64,000 nucleotides of DNA from a virus. A program made the position numbers and the translations under genes. Under the pieces are notes generated by a model that worked only from the letters and a program-made list of their open reading frames with translations, ran no database searches and had not been told where the DNA came from. Shown piece by piece: positions 35,549 to 46,026 of the stretch (position 1 is its first letter; each line of letters begins with the position of its first letter). Location of the stretch: IMG/VR virus record IMGVR_UViG_3300044716_000883, positions 32,001-96,000 of that record. One strand, given 5' to 3'.

Positions 35549-35962
35549 ATGCCACTACCTCAAACAATACGTGTAAATCCGTTAGATTTACGTAAAAATA
35601 TTGCTATTGGGGTATCGCTACCTTTTAAAGGACCTTTTACAAGTACTTTTACTACTAAGGATCAAATTAAATCTAATTTAATCAATCTTTTACTTACTAA
35701 TAAAGGTGAAAGAATAATGAATCCTACTTTTGGATGTGATATAAAAAAACAATTATTTCAAAATATTACTACTGAATTACAACAAAAAATTATAGATATT
35801 ATTGTAGAAGCTGTTAGTATATTCATGCCTGAAATACAAGTTGGATTAATAGAAGTAGTTCCAAATACTGATTATAATCAAATAAATATAACAATATACT
35901 ATAAAATTATAATATCTAACACCCCAGGCCAAGTAACAATTCAATTTGAAACACTTAGATAA
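35549..35962 (+). CDS. baseplate wedge protein, gp25-like
   Basis: DQIKSNLINLLLTNKGERIMNPTFGCDI. Confidence 0.9.
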   Translation: MPLPQTIRVNPLDLRKNIAIGVSLPFKGPFTSTFTTKDQIKSNLINLLLTNKGERIMNPTFGCDIKKQLFQNITTELQQKIIDIIVEAVSIFMPEIQVGLIEVVPNTDYNQINITIYYKIIISNTPGQVTIQFETLR

Positions 35963-35964
35963 AA

Positions 35965-37788
35965 ATGACAAACGAAGATAAAAATATATCATATTTAAAT
36001 AAAGATTTTGGTTCCTTTAAAGCAGAATTACAACAATACGCCAAAACTTATTTTCCAACAACTTATAATGACTTTACAGAAGCCACACCAGGTAATATGT
36101 TTATTGAAATGGCATCTTACGTTGGTGATGTTATGTCATTTTATTTAGATACTCAAGTACAAGAAAATTTCTTATTATACGCTAAAGAAAAAGAAAATTT
36201 ATATGCACAAGCATATGTAATGGGTTATCGCCCTAAAGCATCTTATGCTTCAAATACTACTGTTGATATATATCAATTGGTTCCTTCTATTACTAATGGT
36301 GGTGTTACAACTCCGGATTATGCTACTTATGGAATTATAGTCCCAACAAATACATCACTCACCTCAACAACAAACGGAACTAAATTTTTAACTACACAAC
36401 AAGTTGATTTTACAGACACTGGTAGTACTGAAATTACTTTTGTAGACTCTAACTATTATCTACTCAAAAAATCAGTTCCTGCTATATCAGCAGAAATAAA
36501 AGAAACTACAATTAATGTAGGTACAAATCAAAAATTTGCTACTACAACTATTACTGACGATAATATATTACAAATATTAAATGTTACTGGTAGTATGGGT
36601 AATCAGTGGTATGAAGTTCCTTATTTAGCACAATCATCTATTTTTCAACAAATAGCTAATCCATCATACAATACCGATCAGGTTCCCTATTTATTGCAAT
36701 TACAAAGAGCCCCTAGACGTTTTGTTTCTAGAATATTATCAGACAATACCTTACAATTAGAATTTGGAGCTGGTTTATCTATAAATAAAACTGATACTCA
36801 AATAATTCCAACTCCATCTAATATTCAAGCGGGTATTGTACCTGGTATTTCATTATTAACAAATAATTACAATGAAGCTGGTACTTTCTTTACTCAAGAA
36901 TATGGTTTAGTACCTAATGGTGATTTAATAGTAAAGTATTTAGTTGGTGGTGGTATTACATCAAATGTACCTGCTAATGATTTAACTACTATAGATACAA
37001 CAGGTGTAACATTTCCTGGTGGTGGTGGGGCTTTAAATGCTACTGTATTGCAAAGTATAGTATCATCAAATCCAAATCCATCTTCGGGTGGGAGAAATGG
37101 AGATACAGTTGATGAAATTAGACAAAACGCTTTATATGCTTATTCAACTCAATTAAGAGCTGTAACTAAAGATGATTATATAGTAAGAGCAATGTCAATG
37201 CCTGCTGATTATGGTACTGTAGCTAAAGCATATATTTCACAAGATTTAAATACAAATCCTCAAGAAACGGTAGCCTACACAAGTCCCTTTAATCCACTAG
37301 CTTTAGATCTATATATTTTATCATATAATAGTGATAAACAATTAACTACAGCAGTACCAACATTAAAACAAAATTTAGTAACTTATCTTAATCAATATAG
37401 AATGGTTACTGATGCTATTAATATTAAAGATGCATATTATATCAATATTGGACTTAACTTTGATATTATTATATTGAGTGGATATTCTAATAAAGATGTA
37501 ATAACTAATTGTATAACTACATTAAAAGACCATTTTAATACAGATAAATGGCAAATTAACCAACCAATTATCATTTCAGATATTACTTCTAAATTATTAC
37601 AAGTTAAAGGCGTTCAATCTGTAGTTAAGTTAGAAATAACAAACAAACAAGGAGGAAATTATTCTCAATACGGATATGATATTGCTGGGGCTACTAAAAG
37701 TGGAAATATTTACCCTTCATTAGATCCAGCTATATTTGAAATTAGATTCCCTGATGTTGATATACAAGGTAGAGTAGTAGTAAGTTAA
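35965..37788 (+). CDS. baseplate wedge protein, gp6/baseplate-J-like
   Basis: YNDF.EATPGNMFIEMASYVGDVMSFYLD; SGGRNGDTVDEIR...QLRAVTKDDY. Confidence 0.88.
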   Translation: MTNEDKNISYLNKDFGSFKAELQQYAKTYFPTTYNDFTEATPGNMFIEMASYVGDVMSFYLDTQVQENFLLYAKEKENLYAQAYVMGYRPKASYASNTTVDIYQLVPSITNGGVTTPDYATYGIIVPTNTSLTSTTNGTKFLTTQQVDFTDTGSTEITFVDSNYYLLKKSVPAISAEIKETTINVGTNQKFATTTITDDNILQILNVTGSMGNQWYEVPYLAQSSIFQQIANPSYNTDQVPYLLQLQRAPRRFVSRILSDNTLQLEFGAGLSINKTDTQIIPTPSNIQAGIVPGISLLTNNYNEAGTFFTQEYGLVPNGDLIVKYLVGGGITSNVPANDLTTIDTTGVTFPGGGGALNATVLQSIVSSNPNPSSGGRNGDTVDEIRQNALYAYSTQLRAVTKDDYIVRAMSMPADYGTVAKAYISQDLNTNPQETVAYTSPFNPLALDLYILSYNSDKQLTTAVPTLKQNLVTYLNQYRMVTDAINIKDAYYINIGLNFDIIILSGYSNKDVITNCITTLKDHFNTDKWQINQPIIISDITSKLLQVKGVQSVVKLEITNKQGGNYSQYGYDIAGATKSGNIYPSLDPAIFEIRFPDVDIQGRVVVS

Positions 37789-37807
37789 AAATTAAAAATA
37801 ATAAAGT

Positions 37808-38407
37808 ATGAATTTAGACAAATTAAAAGGACATATTCCTGACAAAGTAATTGAACAAATCCCTGGTGTTATAGAAAAATTCCAAATTAACACTCCACTA
37901 CGCTTAGCTCACTTTTTAGCTCAATGTGGTCATGAATCAGGTGGTTTTCGTTTAACAAAAGAAAATTTAAATTACTCAGCTAAAGGTTTAATGGGTATTT
38001 TTAAAAAATATTTCCCAAATGAAGCATTAGCAAATCAATACGCTCGTAAGCCTGAAAAGATTGCTAATAAAGTATATGGTAATAGAATGGGTAATGGCCC
38101 TGAAACATCTGGTGATGGTGCTAAGTACTGCGGCCGTGGTTATATCCAGTTAACTGGTAAAGACAATTATACCGCATTTGGTAAATCAATCAACGAAGAT
38201 ATTGCATCTAACCCAACAGTAGTAGCAGAGAAATATGCTCTATTATCAGCTGCTTGGTTTTTTAGTAAAAATGGTTTACATAAATTAGCTGATGGTGGTG
38301 CAACTGACGCAGTTGTTACACAAATTACTAAACGTGTTAATGGTGGTACTATTGGTTTAGCTGATAGAATCAAACATTTTAAAGAATATCACGCATTGTT
38401 AGCATAA
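37808..38407 (+). CDS. glycoside hydrolase family 19 endolysin
   Basis: RLAHFLAQCGHESGGF; YCGRGYIQLTGKDNY; TKRVNGGTIGLADR. Confidence 0.92.
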   Translation: MNLDKLKGHIPDKVIEQIPGVIEKFQINTPLRLAHFLAQCGHESGGFRLTKENLNYSAKGLMGIFKKYFPNEALANQYARKPEKIANKVYGNRMGNGPETSGDGAKYCGRGYIQLTGKDNYTAFGKSINEDIASNPTVVAEKYALLSAAWFFSKNGLHKLADGGATDAVVTQITKRVNGGTIGLADRIKHFKEYHALLA

Positions 38408-38450
38408 CAAAATTATATACTGCCATATTTATATGTAGTAATTACTAATT

Positions 38451-39548
38451 ATGGCGGTATATAAAATTTTTCCTGAAAAAAGTGCTACTATATATTCATT
38501 CTACCCAACATTAAACACGGGTATTGATGAAATATTGGAAATTAGTACTTTCGAATCTATAAATGGTACTAATGAAGTATCACGGGTATTAATTAAATTC
38601 CCAACAGATCAAATAAACGATACAATCCAGAATAAAGTATCTGGTAAGACTTATGATGCTTATCTTAAAGGATACTTAGCTAATGCTTCTGAAATTCCTT
38701 TAAATTATACTCTATTTTCCCATCCTGTAGCTGCTAATTGGAATCAAGGCACTGGGAGGTTAAGCAATGTTCCAACAACAACAGACGGAGTAGGTTGGAA
38801 ATACACAGATCAATCAGGAAGTATAGTATGGACTAATGGTACATTTTCTAGTGGCATAACAGGATCTTATACTGGGTCTGATATAGGTGGTGGTACTTGG
38901 TATACCGCTTCATCTTATCAATCAACTCAATCGTTTACTAACATTTCAACTAAAGACATTGAAATGAAAGTAACAAATACTGTAGCTGCATGGTATGGTA
39001 TTGCAATACCTAATCATGGTTTTATTTTAAAACATAGCAGCTCATTAGAATTTACTACTACTTCTAAATTTGAAACTAAATACTTCTCAGCAAATACACA
39101 TACTATTTATCCTCCGTGTCTGGAAATTAGATGGGATGATTTTTCATATAGTACAGGTTCATTAACAGTAGTAACGTCTAGTTATTTTGCCGCTGTTATA
39201 AACAACAACAAAGCAGAATATCAACAAGACTCAATTCAACGTTTTAGAGTTGCTGTTAGGGGATTATATGTTCCAACAGCATTTAGAACTATATTAAGTT
39301 ATGGCAATACACATGCTTTACCTACTTCTTCATATTGGGCAATAAAAGATTTGGATACTGAAGAAATGGTCGTAGATTACGATACATCATATACTAAGAT
39401 CAGTTGTGATAGTGTTAGTAATTATTTTGATGTATACATGAATGGTTTAGAACCAGAACGTTACTATAAATTACTTATTAAAACAATCCTCCCAACTAAG
39501 GAAGTAATAGTAGCTGATAAAGATTATATTTTTAAAGTTGTAAGATAA
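38451..39548 (+). CDS. putative virion structural protein
   Basis: NTGIDEILEI..SRVLIKF; NHGFILK; HTIYPPCLEIRWDD; tail-module position. Confidence 0.6.
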   Translation: MAVYKIFPEKSATIYSFYPTLNTGIDEILEISTFESINGTNEVSRVLIKFPTDQINDTIQNKVSGKTYDAYLKGYLANASEIPLNYTLFSHPVAANWNQGTGRLSNVPTTTDGVGWKYTDQSGSIVWTNGTFSSGITGSYTGSDIGGGTWYTASSYQSTQSFTNISTKDIEMKVTNTVAAWYGIAIPNHGFILKHSSSLEFTTTSKFETKYFSANTHTIYPPCLEIRWDDFSYSTGSLTVVTSSYFAAVINNNKAEYQQDSIQRFRVAVRGLYVPTAFRTILSYGNTHALPTSSYWAIKDLDTEEMVVDYDTSYTKISCDSVSNYFDVYMNGLEPERYYKLLIKTILPTKEVIVADKDYIFKVVR

Positions 39549-39880
39549 TGTCTCAAATACCAGTACAGAAAACTGTATTTAATAAGGATAGTTATGGCAG
39601 AGTAATTGACACTCAATTTAGTCAATTATTAAACCAAACTGTAGAAGAAACTGATACTTTTACAGTGGATGATTTCTTTCAACTGTATGAAGATTTATTT
39701 TATCAAATTCCTAAAGAAGGAGATACTAATTCTCATAGATATATTTTACAACGTGAGGCTGATTATTTAGGTGTTAGTATTAGTCAAGATGATATTCAAG
39801 CATTATTAAATGAAATTACATCATTAAGACAACAAGTACTTGAATCACAACAAACAATAAACGAATTGACTAAGAGATAA
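39548..39880 (+). CDS. hypothetical structural-module protein
   Basis: TVDDFFQLYEDLFYQIPKEG..NSH.YI. Confidence 0.6.
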   Translation: MSQIPVQKTVFNKDSYGRVIDTQFSQLLNQTVEETDTFTVDDFFQLYEDLFYQIPKEGDTNSHRYILQREADYLGVSISQDDIQALLNEITSLRQQVLESQQTINELTKR

Positions 39881-42800
39881 TGGCAGATAATATTAAAATA
39901 GTAGGAAACATATTAAGCGAACAGCAGGTACCTCGTTATGATGCTGCTGATGTTAATTTACTTGCTACTCAAACAATCCAAGAAGATTTTGGTTTAACTA
40001 ATGATTATATTGAATATTTTGTTTATGATGCTGGTGAGAATTTATTAAATACAAATTATACTTATAGAGATTTTAAAGCACCATCTACATCATATGTTAA
40101 TCCAAAAAATAATGGATTACCTATTATTGAGATTGATCCCGTTAAAGATTTACAAAATTTAGGTTATAGATCTGGGGAATTTAGAGTTCAATATAATTTA
40201 TTTACTAATAAAATTTCAAATTCTGATGCTGAATTATTCTTAAAAGAAATATCAGCAGACAGAACTGAATTAAGAGTAGGATCTACTATTTTAACTAATG
40301 AACAAATTGAAAGTGGATCTTTAGAACTTATAAATGAATATACTAATTCTCCTTATTTTGTAGATTATCTTTTAAATTTTAGTAATAATACTCAAGTAGT
40401 AGTAGTAAACGTTGCTCTTAATAAGGTAGAAAGTGGATATGAAATACTATTTAAATTATACCACCCACTCCCAGACAATATTCAAGAAAAAAGTACATTG
40501 TGGGTAGTACAGGAAAAATCAAATCCTTACTCTTTTGATATTAATTTAGATACACTAATAATTCAGGCTCCCGGTCCTAAACTAAGAGGTCCTAATTTTA
40601 ATATTGATATTCCAAACCAAAACAACATTGCTACATCATATCAAAATTATACTAGTTTAGTTAATAGTATTCAAAATGTATCTACATCTTCATATCAACA
40701 ATTATTAAGTCTAATTACATCACAAAGTATTGATATAAATGTAGACTATACTAACTTTACAAATTTTTCATTTTTTGGTTCTGCTAAACAGAGAGTTATT
40801 AATTTTTATGGTAAAGTAAAACAAATAGAAGATTATAATAACCTTATAGTTAGTTACATACCTAATGTTTCTACTATTGGTAATTTAGCTTTAGAAATAT
40901 CATCATCTAAAAACGCAATTAACACCATTATATCTCAGTTTGATGGATATGAACAATACTTATATTTTGAATCAAGTTCATACGCATGGCCCAAAACTAC
41001 TACTACTACTCCTTATGCTTTAGCAACAACAGCATCTGCTCAAACATGGTATAGTGCTCTTACAGGTAGTGCTGAGGTTTATGATGAAAATAACCAAAAT
41101 AATTTATCATTTACTTTACCTTCATTTATTAAAGATGATGAAGATAATGATCCATATATTACATTCCTTAATATGGTTGGTCATTATTTTGATAATATTT
41201 GGATTTTCTTACAAGCAATAACTGATATTAATCTAGCAAATAACAACCTAGAAAAAGGCGTTTCTAAGGATTTAGTATACAATGTACTACAATCATTGGG
41301 AGTAAAATTATACAACCAATACGGCGATTCAAACAATATTAATTTTTTAGTTGGTGTGAGTGGTAGTTCTAATTGGGATAATAACTTTACCTCAACTGGT
41401 TCTTATTTAAATGCAATACCACGTAAGGATTTACTTGCTGAATCTTATAAAAGAATTTATCATAACTTACCTCTATTATTAAAAACAAAAGGTACAGCTT
41501 ATGGTTTACAAACATTAGTTTCTACTTTTGGTATTACTGGTAGTGTATTACAAATAAAAGAATATGGTGGGGATATTAAATCAGGGTTATTAGATGAATT
41601 TAACAATGATAAAATTAGAATTGTATCTAATACCGTTACTGGTAGTGTGTTATCTCCATTTATTAGTTTACAACAGCAACCTACATCATCAACCCAATTT
41701 AGAACAAATGATTTACATTATGTAGATATATCATTTTCACCACAAGATAAAATTGATATATTTACTTCTGCTTCTATAGCTGTAGCATCACCAACTTGGA
41801 GTTTAGATGATTTTATTGGTGACCCTAGATTTCAATATAACCAGATTTATCCTACATTAGAAACTGAGCGTACAATTTATTTATCTCCACTAACGGCCTC
41901 TATAGTACCCTATACTGGTTCTTTAGCTAGTGGATCAATTGGGGCTACTGACTATAATAGCTTTATTCGTTTAATTCAGTTTTTTGATAATTCATTATTT
42001 AAAATGTTGAAAGATTATGTTCCCGCAAGAACAAGTCTATCAACAGGTATTACTATTAGTTCTCCTATTTTAGAGAGAAACAAATGGGTTTTCGCAAATC
42101 CATCTTCTACCTCTGAAATTGAGGTAGAGGATGGTACTATCAATGGTCCTTCTATTCAAACAGAATATACTGATCTTTATCAAGGTATTAATTATGATAA
42201 TAAGGTAGCTTATTATGATGGTAATTTAACTGGAAGTGGAATTAATGTTCATAGTTATTTTGTTAGTGGAAATATAAATCCTTATTTATCCAATATAGCT
42301 GTTTGGAATGCTCAAAATCCAATATCTGAAAGTATTGATTTAAATAAATTTGCTCATTCTGATTATAATGTAATGTTAAATAATGTTTCTAAAAGTTTAA
42401 CATCACGTAATAGACAAGATATTGAATATATTTTTGGTACAACACAAAGCATCATATCACCAGTTGAATTACAAGACTCATACGAATCTTTAAAAACCCA
42501 CCAACTATCAAGATATGATGGTGTTAAAATATCTAGTTTAAAATATAATACTTACACTAGTGCTTCATCAACTTATGAAGGTGATACTTCATTTGGTAAA
42601 ACAGCTACAATAGATAAAAACGTAGTTAAATTAGGTCTATTTTCTGAAATAACAGAAAATGTATATTTACCAAAACGTAACAATGCTATATTAAAATATT
42701 TAGTGGATATTGATGGTAATTTAACTGAACTTAACCTTCGCAATACACATTGGGAAGAAATTCAAAATACCTTTATAGCAGGAGATACAGGAAGTATATC

Positions 42801-44289
42801 CCAATTCAACAACCAGCTATATTCTAATCAAAAGACTACGGATGGTGAAAAAATAATTTATAGCAGTGGATATAGTTATTCTCCACTATTATATTTTTCT
42901 ACATGTTCATCTGATCCTAAATTATCTTTCCAAAATCAAGGAAACCAATCAGCTTACTTAGCTACAGCTCAAAACTTAAGCTCATCTTTCTTTGTAAGCG
43001 GAAGTCCAATACTAGGATTCCCAGTAACAATGAGTGCAGGTATTGGAGGAACTAATGCTGTTGTTAATATATTTAACAATGCAATCAATACACCTTCTAC
43101 ACCAGTACAGTATTACTACCCAGGAGCTTTAAATCATGTACCTACATACTCAGCTCAAGAAACAGGACAATATAGAGTAAATGCTTCTGTGGGTATGAAT
43201 ATTACTATGGCTGATGGTGCTCATGCTACTTGGAGTTTAGAAATGTATAAAAATGGCACTTTAGCAGCTAGTTCAACTCAACAAATGTATTTTGGGAATG
43301 TAATAGGGGATTGTTTCGGGTATGATGTTACAAACAATACTCCATCTACCAACTTTGTTATTAGTTATCCCTTATGTGCTGATGGAACAACACAAAACAT
43401 AAGCCTACCCCCAGGCACTACTGTTCCTATATGCTCTAGGTCATACCCTATAGTAAGAAGAAGTTCTGGAGACCCAGCAAGTCCTGCAGAAGTTACTGTA
43501 TTAAATGTTCTTACACCATGTGATACTTACACAGTTTCTGTGGGAACTACTCAAAATGTAAACTTTAATATTGATAAAGGAACTAATAATACTGATTATA
43601 TTTCTCTTACAGGTGGAACAGGATTAACTGGGGATAAATTATATTTCCAATTAAGACTATTAGGTATAAGTAGCGACAACTATACTGCTTCTCTTACTCC
43701 TAGTAATTTATCTGTTGGATCTTTAGCACTAAGTACTGGATATTCTGTTACAAACTGCCCTTATATAACCGGTTCAACTTCTACTTCAATTACATTTACT
43801 AATTCATTATCTAATTTTTACAATGGTGGGTACTTATTCACACCAAACCCAGTATCCGGTTCTAAAAACAGTTTATATGGAACTTATTTCGATGTAGATT
43901 ATACATTTGATCCTAAAGAAAACGATATAGTTGTTTTACATTTATCTGATAGTAGTGTTTTAGAATATGTTATTAGTAAATTAAGTGTAAATCCAACAAC
44001 AAATGAATTAACATTGCATTTTAATGAAGAGTTATCATTATCAACTATATATGATTTAACAAATAATAATTATAGAAGATTTTTATTACTATCAAGAAGA
44101 AAAGATGAAACTAACGTTGTATTAAACTTTGTTAGACGTAATGGTAAATCATCAAATGGGTTCTTAATACCTGAAAATATTAGTCAAACCGTATTGAACA
44201 ATATTGATGTAATAACTAAAGAAGTAAAGCAAAAAATACTTGGAGATCAACCAATAATTAATGACCTTAATGGTGGAACTTTTCCTTAA
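39880..44289 (+). CDS. large baseplate/tail structural protein (1469 aa)
   Basis: N/S/T-rich; YKRIYHNLP.LLKTKGT.YGL..L wedge-type motif; Cys-containing insert near the C-terminus. Confidence 0.65.
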   Translation: MADNIKIVGNILSEQQVPRYDAADVNLLATQTIQEDFGLTNDYIEYFVYDAGENLLNTNYTYRDFKAPSTSYVNPKNNGLPIIEIDPVKDLQNLGYRSGEFRVQYNLFTNKISNSDAELFLKEISADRTELRVGSTILTNEQIESGSLELINEYTNSPYFVDYLLNFSNNTQVVVVNVALNKVESGYEILFKLYHPLPDNIQEKSTLWVVQEKSNPYSFDINLDTLIIQAPGPKLRGPNFNIDIPNQNNIATSYQNYTSLVNSIQNVSTSSYQQLLSLITSQSIDINVDYTNFTNFSFFGSAKQRVINFYGKVKQIEDYNNLIVSYIPNVSTIGNLALEISSSKNAINTIISQFDGYEQYLYFESSSYAWPKTTTTTPYALATTASAQTWYSALTGSAEVYDENNQNNLSFTLPSFIKDDEDNDPYITFLNMVGHYFDNIWIFLQAITDINLANNNLEKGVSKDLVYNVLQSLGVKLYNQYGDSNNINFLVGVSGSSNWDNNFTSTGSYLNAIPRKDLLAESYKRIYHNLPLLLKTKGTAYGLQTLVSTFGITGSVLQIKEYGGDIKSGLLDEFNNDKIRIVSNTVTGSVLSPFISLQQQPTSSTQFRTNDLHYVDISFSPQDKIDIFTSASIAVASPTWSLDDFIGDPRFQYNQIYPTLETERTIYLSPLTASIVPYTGSLASGSIGATDYNSFIRLIQFFDNSLFKMLKDYVPARTSLSTGITISSPILERNKWVFANPSSTSEIEVEDGTINGPSIQTEYTDLYQGINYDNKVAYYDGNLTGSGINVHSYFVSGNINPYLSNIAVWNAQNPISESIDLNKFAHSDYNVMLNNVSKSLTSRNRQDIEYIFGTTQSIISPVELQDSYESLKTHQLSRYDGVKISSLKYNTYTSASSTYEGDTSFGKTATIDKNVVKLGLFSEITENVYLPKRNNAILKYLVDIDGNLTELNLRNTHWEEIQNTFIAGDTGSISQFNNQLYSNQKTTDGEKIIYSSGYSYSPLLYFSTCSSDPKLSFQNQGNQSAYLATAQNLSSSFFVSGSPILGFPVTMSAGIGGTNAVVNIFNNAINTPSTPVQYYYPGALNHVPTYSAQETGQYRVNASVGMNITMADGAHATWSLEMYKNGTLAASSTQQMYFGNVIGDCFGYDVTNNTPSTNFVISYPLCADGTTQNISLPPGTTVPICSRSYPIVRRSSGDPASPAEVTVLNVLTPCDTYTVSVGTTQNVNFNIDKGTNNTDYISLTGGTGLTGDKLYFQLRLLGISSDNYTASLTPSNLSVGSLALSTGYSVTNCPYITGSTSTSITFTNSLSNFYNGGYLFTPNPVSGSKNSLYGTYFDVDYTFDPKENDIVVLHLSDSSVLEYVISKLSVNPTTNELTLHFNEELSLSTIYDLTNNNYRRFLLLSRRKDETNVVLNFVRRNGKSSNGFLIPENISQTVLNNIDVITKEVKQKILGDQPIINDLNGGTFP

Positions 44290-44350
44290 TAGTCCCTAAT
44301 AATAAAATTTTAATTTAACATATTTATTAGTATATACAACATAAAGAATT

Positions 44351-45013
44351 ATGGCAATTTTAAATCCTACGACAGTAACTGTAGATGCAATATTAACCAC
44401 GAAGGGCCGCGAATTATTGGCTCGTAACGACGGTTCATTCCAAATTACTCAATTCGCATTAGCTGATGATGAGATTGATTATACTTTGTATAACCCAAAT
44501 CACCCATCAGGATCTGCGTTCTATGGTGAAGCAATTGAAAACACTCCTGTGTTAGAAGCTTTCCCTAACGAATCACAAATTATGCGTTACAAATTAGTAA
44601 CTTTACCTCGTGGTACATCTAAATTACCAGTTATTAACTTAGGTTATAACAGTATTATATTACGTCAAGGTGCTTCATTAACAATTACTCCACAAACCTT
44701 AAATTATTTAGGTTCTACAAGTACATTTGAAGCAAATGGTTACACAGCTACAATTGCTGATTCTCGTTTAGTATCTTCATTTACAGGTACAGGTATTACT
44801 TCAACAACACCACCTGCAGGATTAAACACAACTACAGGAACTGTATTATCAGTAACTCAAATTGGTACTTCATTCACGTTAACAGGTACAACAATTAATA
44901 CATTATTTGGTTCTACTTTAACTTCATTAGCTACTACAATCACTGTGATTGGTAGAGATAGTGGTGCAAGAGTTACTATTCCTCTTAATATTCAAAAAGT
45001 ATCATCAATCTAA
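44351..45013 (+). CDS. tail/baseplate protein (tail-collar-fibre N-terminal-like)
   Basis: VDAILTTKGRELLAR..FQITQFALADDEIDY. Confidence 0.6.
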   Translation: MAILNPTTVTVDAILTTKGRELLARNDGSFQITQFALADDEIDYTLYNPNHPSGSAFYGEAIENTPVLEAFPNESQIMRYKLVTLPRGTSKLPVINLGYNSIILRQGASLTITPQTLNYLGSTSTFEANGYTATIADSRLVSSFTGTGITSTTPPAGLNTTTGTVLSVTQIGTSFTLTGTTINTLFGSTLTSLATTITVIGRDSGARVTIPLNIQKVSSI

Positions 45014-45021
45014 TTTAACAT

Positions 45022-46023
45022 ATGTCATTTTCAAGATATAACACCGAAGATTCAGTAATCAGTTCAGAAACCGTAGTTAGAGGTTTATGGGGTGGAGATA
45101 ATAATTCTCTATCTACATTTTTTACCCAAAGTGGATACACTGAATATTATCTAGATGTATACAATGGAGATCCTTCAATATCAGGTTCTTCAGTACAGTT
45201 TTCAATTCAATATGGTAACCTAAATGGATCTGGATCTAATTTAATTAATCCTAATATCCCATTAGGTGGATATACTCCATCTCGTGTAGTATATGGTGAA
45301 TATAGAAATTTAGTTTACGGAACTGAAACCACAAACTTTAGCTTTGATAATGGTGCAACAACCGCAAATGATATATTTGTAATTAATGTTGCTCGTTCTC
45401 GTTATAAAGAATCTTTATTACCTAGTTCATTTAATTTAACCTTAGGAAGTGGTAGTAATACAGTTAGATTAACTGATGATAGCGGAACTACAAGTTTAAC
45501 TCGTTTTATTGGTGAAAATAAAGTATATTATGTTATTAGCGGAAGTAATGGTAATGCATATACCCCAGCTGCTTCATCTTCATATTACGGAATGGTATTT
45601 CCTGATTTAGATATTATTGTATTAAATGCTTCTGCATCATCAACAGTATCTTTAACTAATGTATTTGCTCCATTAGCTCAAACTACATCTTCAGCTAATT
45701 ATAATGCCATTAAATTATATAATTCGATTGTTAGTGGATCTTCAACATTCCCTTTTCAATTAAAATCATCTGAAACTGTTTCTTCAAGATATTTCTTTAC
45801 AAGAGTAAAAAATAGTGAGTTTAACTATACTTCAAATCCATCTATTATAGATGCAAATGGCAACTTATTATACACAACTTTAATTAACAATCCTCAAACA
45901 TACGTTACAACAGTAGGTATGTATAATGATAATAATGAGTTGTTAGCAGTAGCTAAATTAAGTAAACCATTAACTAAAGACTTTACTAAAGAAGCTCTAA
46001 TTAGAATCAAACTAGACTATTAA
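45022..46023 (+). CDS. tail/baseplate protein with tail-collar-like C-terminus
   Basis: YVTTVGMYNDNNELLAVAKLSKPL.KDF..EALIRIKLDY. Confidence 0.65.
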   Translation: MSFSRYNTEDSVISSETVVRGLWGGDNNSLSTFFTQSGYTEYYLDVYNGDPSISGSSVQFSIQYGNLNGSGSNLINPNIPLGGYTPSRVVYGEYRNLVYGTETTNFSFDNGATTANDIFVINVARSRYKESLLPSSFNLTLGSGSNTVRLTDDSGTTSLTRFIGENKVYYVISGSNGNAYTPAASSSYYGMVFPDLDIIVLNASASSTVSLTNVFAPLAQTTSSANYNAIKLYNSIVSGSSTFPFQLKSSETVSSRYFFTRVKNSEFNYTSNPSIIDANGNLLYTTLINNPQTYVTTVGMYNDNNELLAVAKLSKPLTKDFTKEALIRIKLDY

Positions 46024-46026
46024 TGC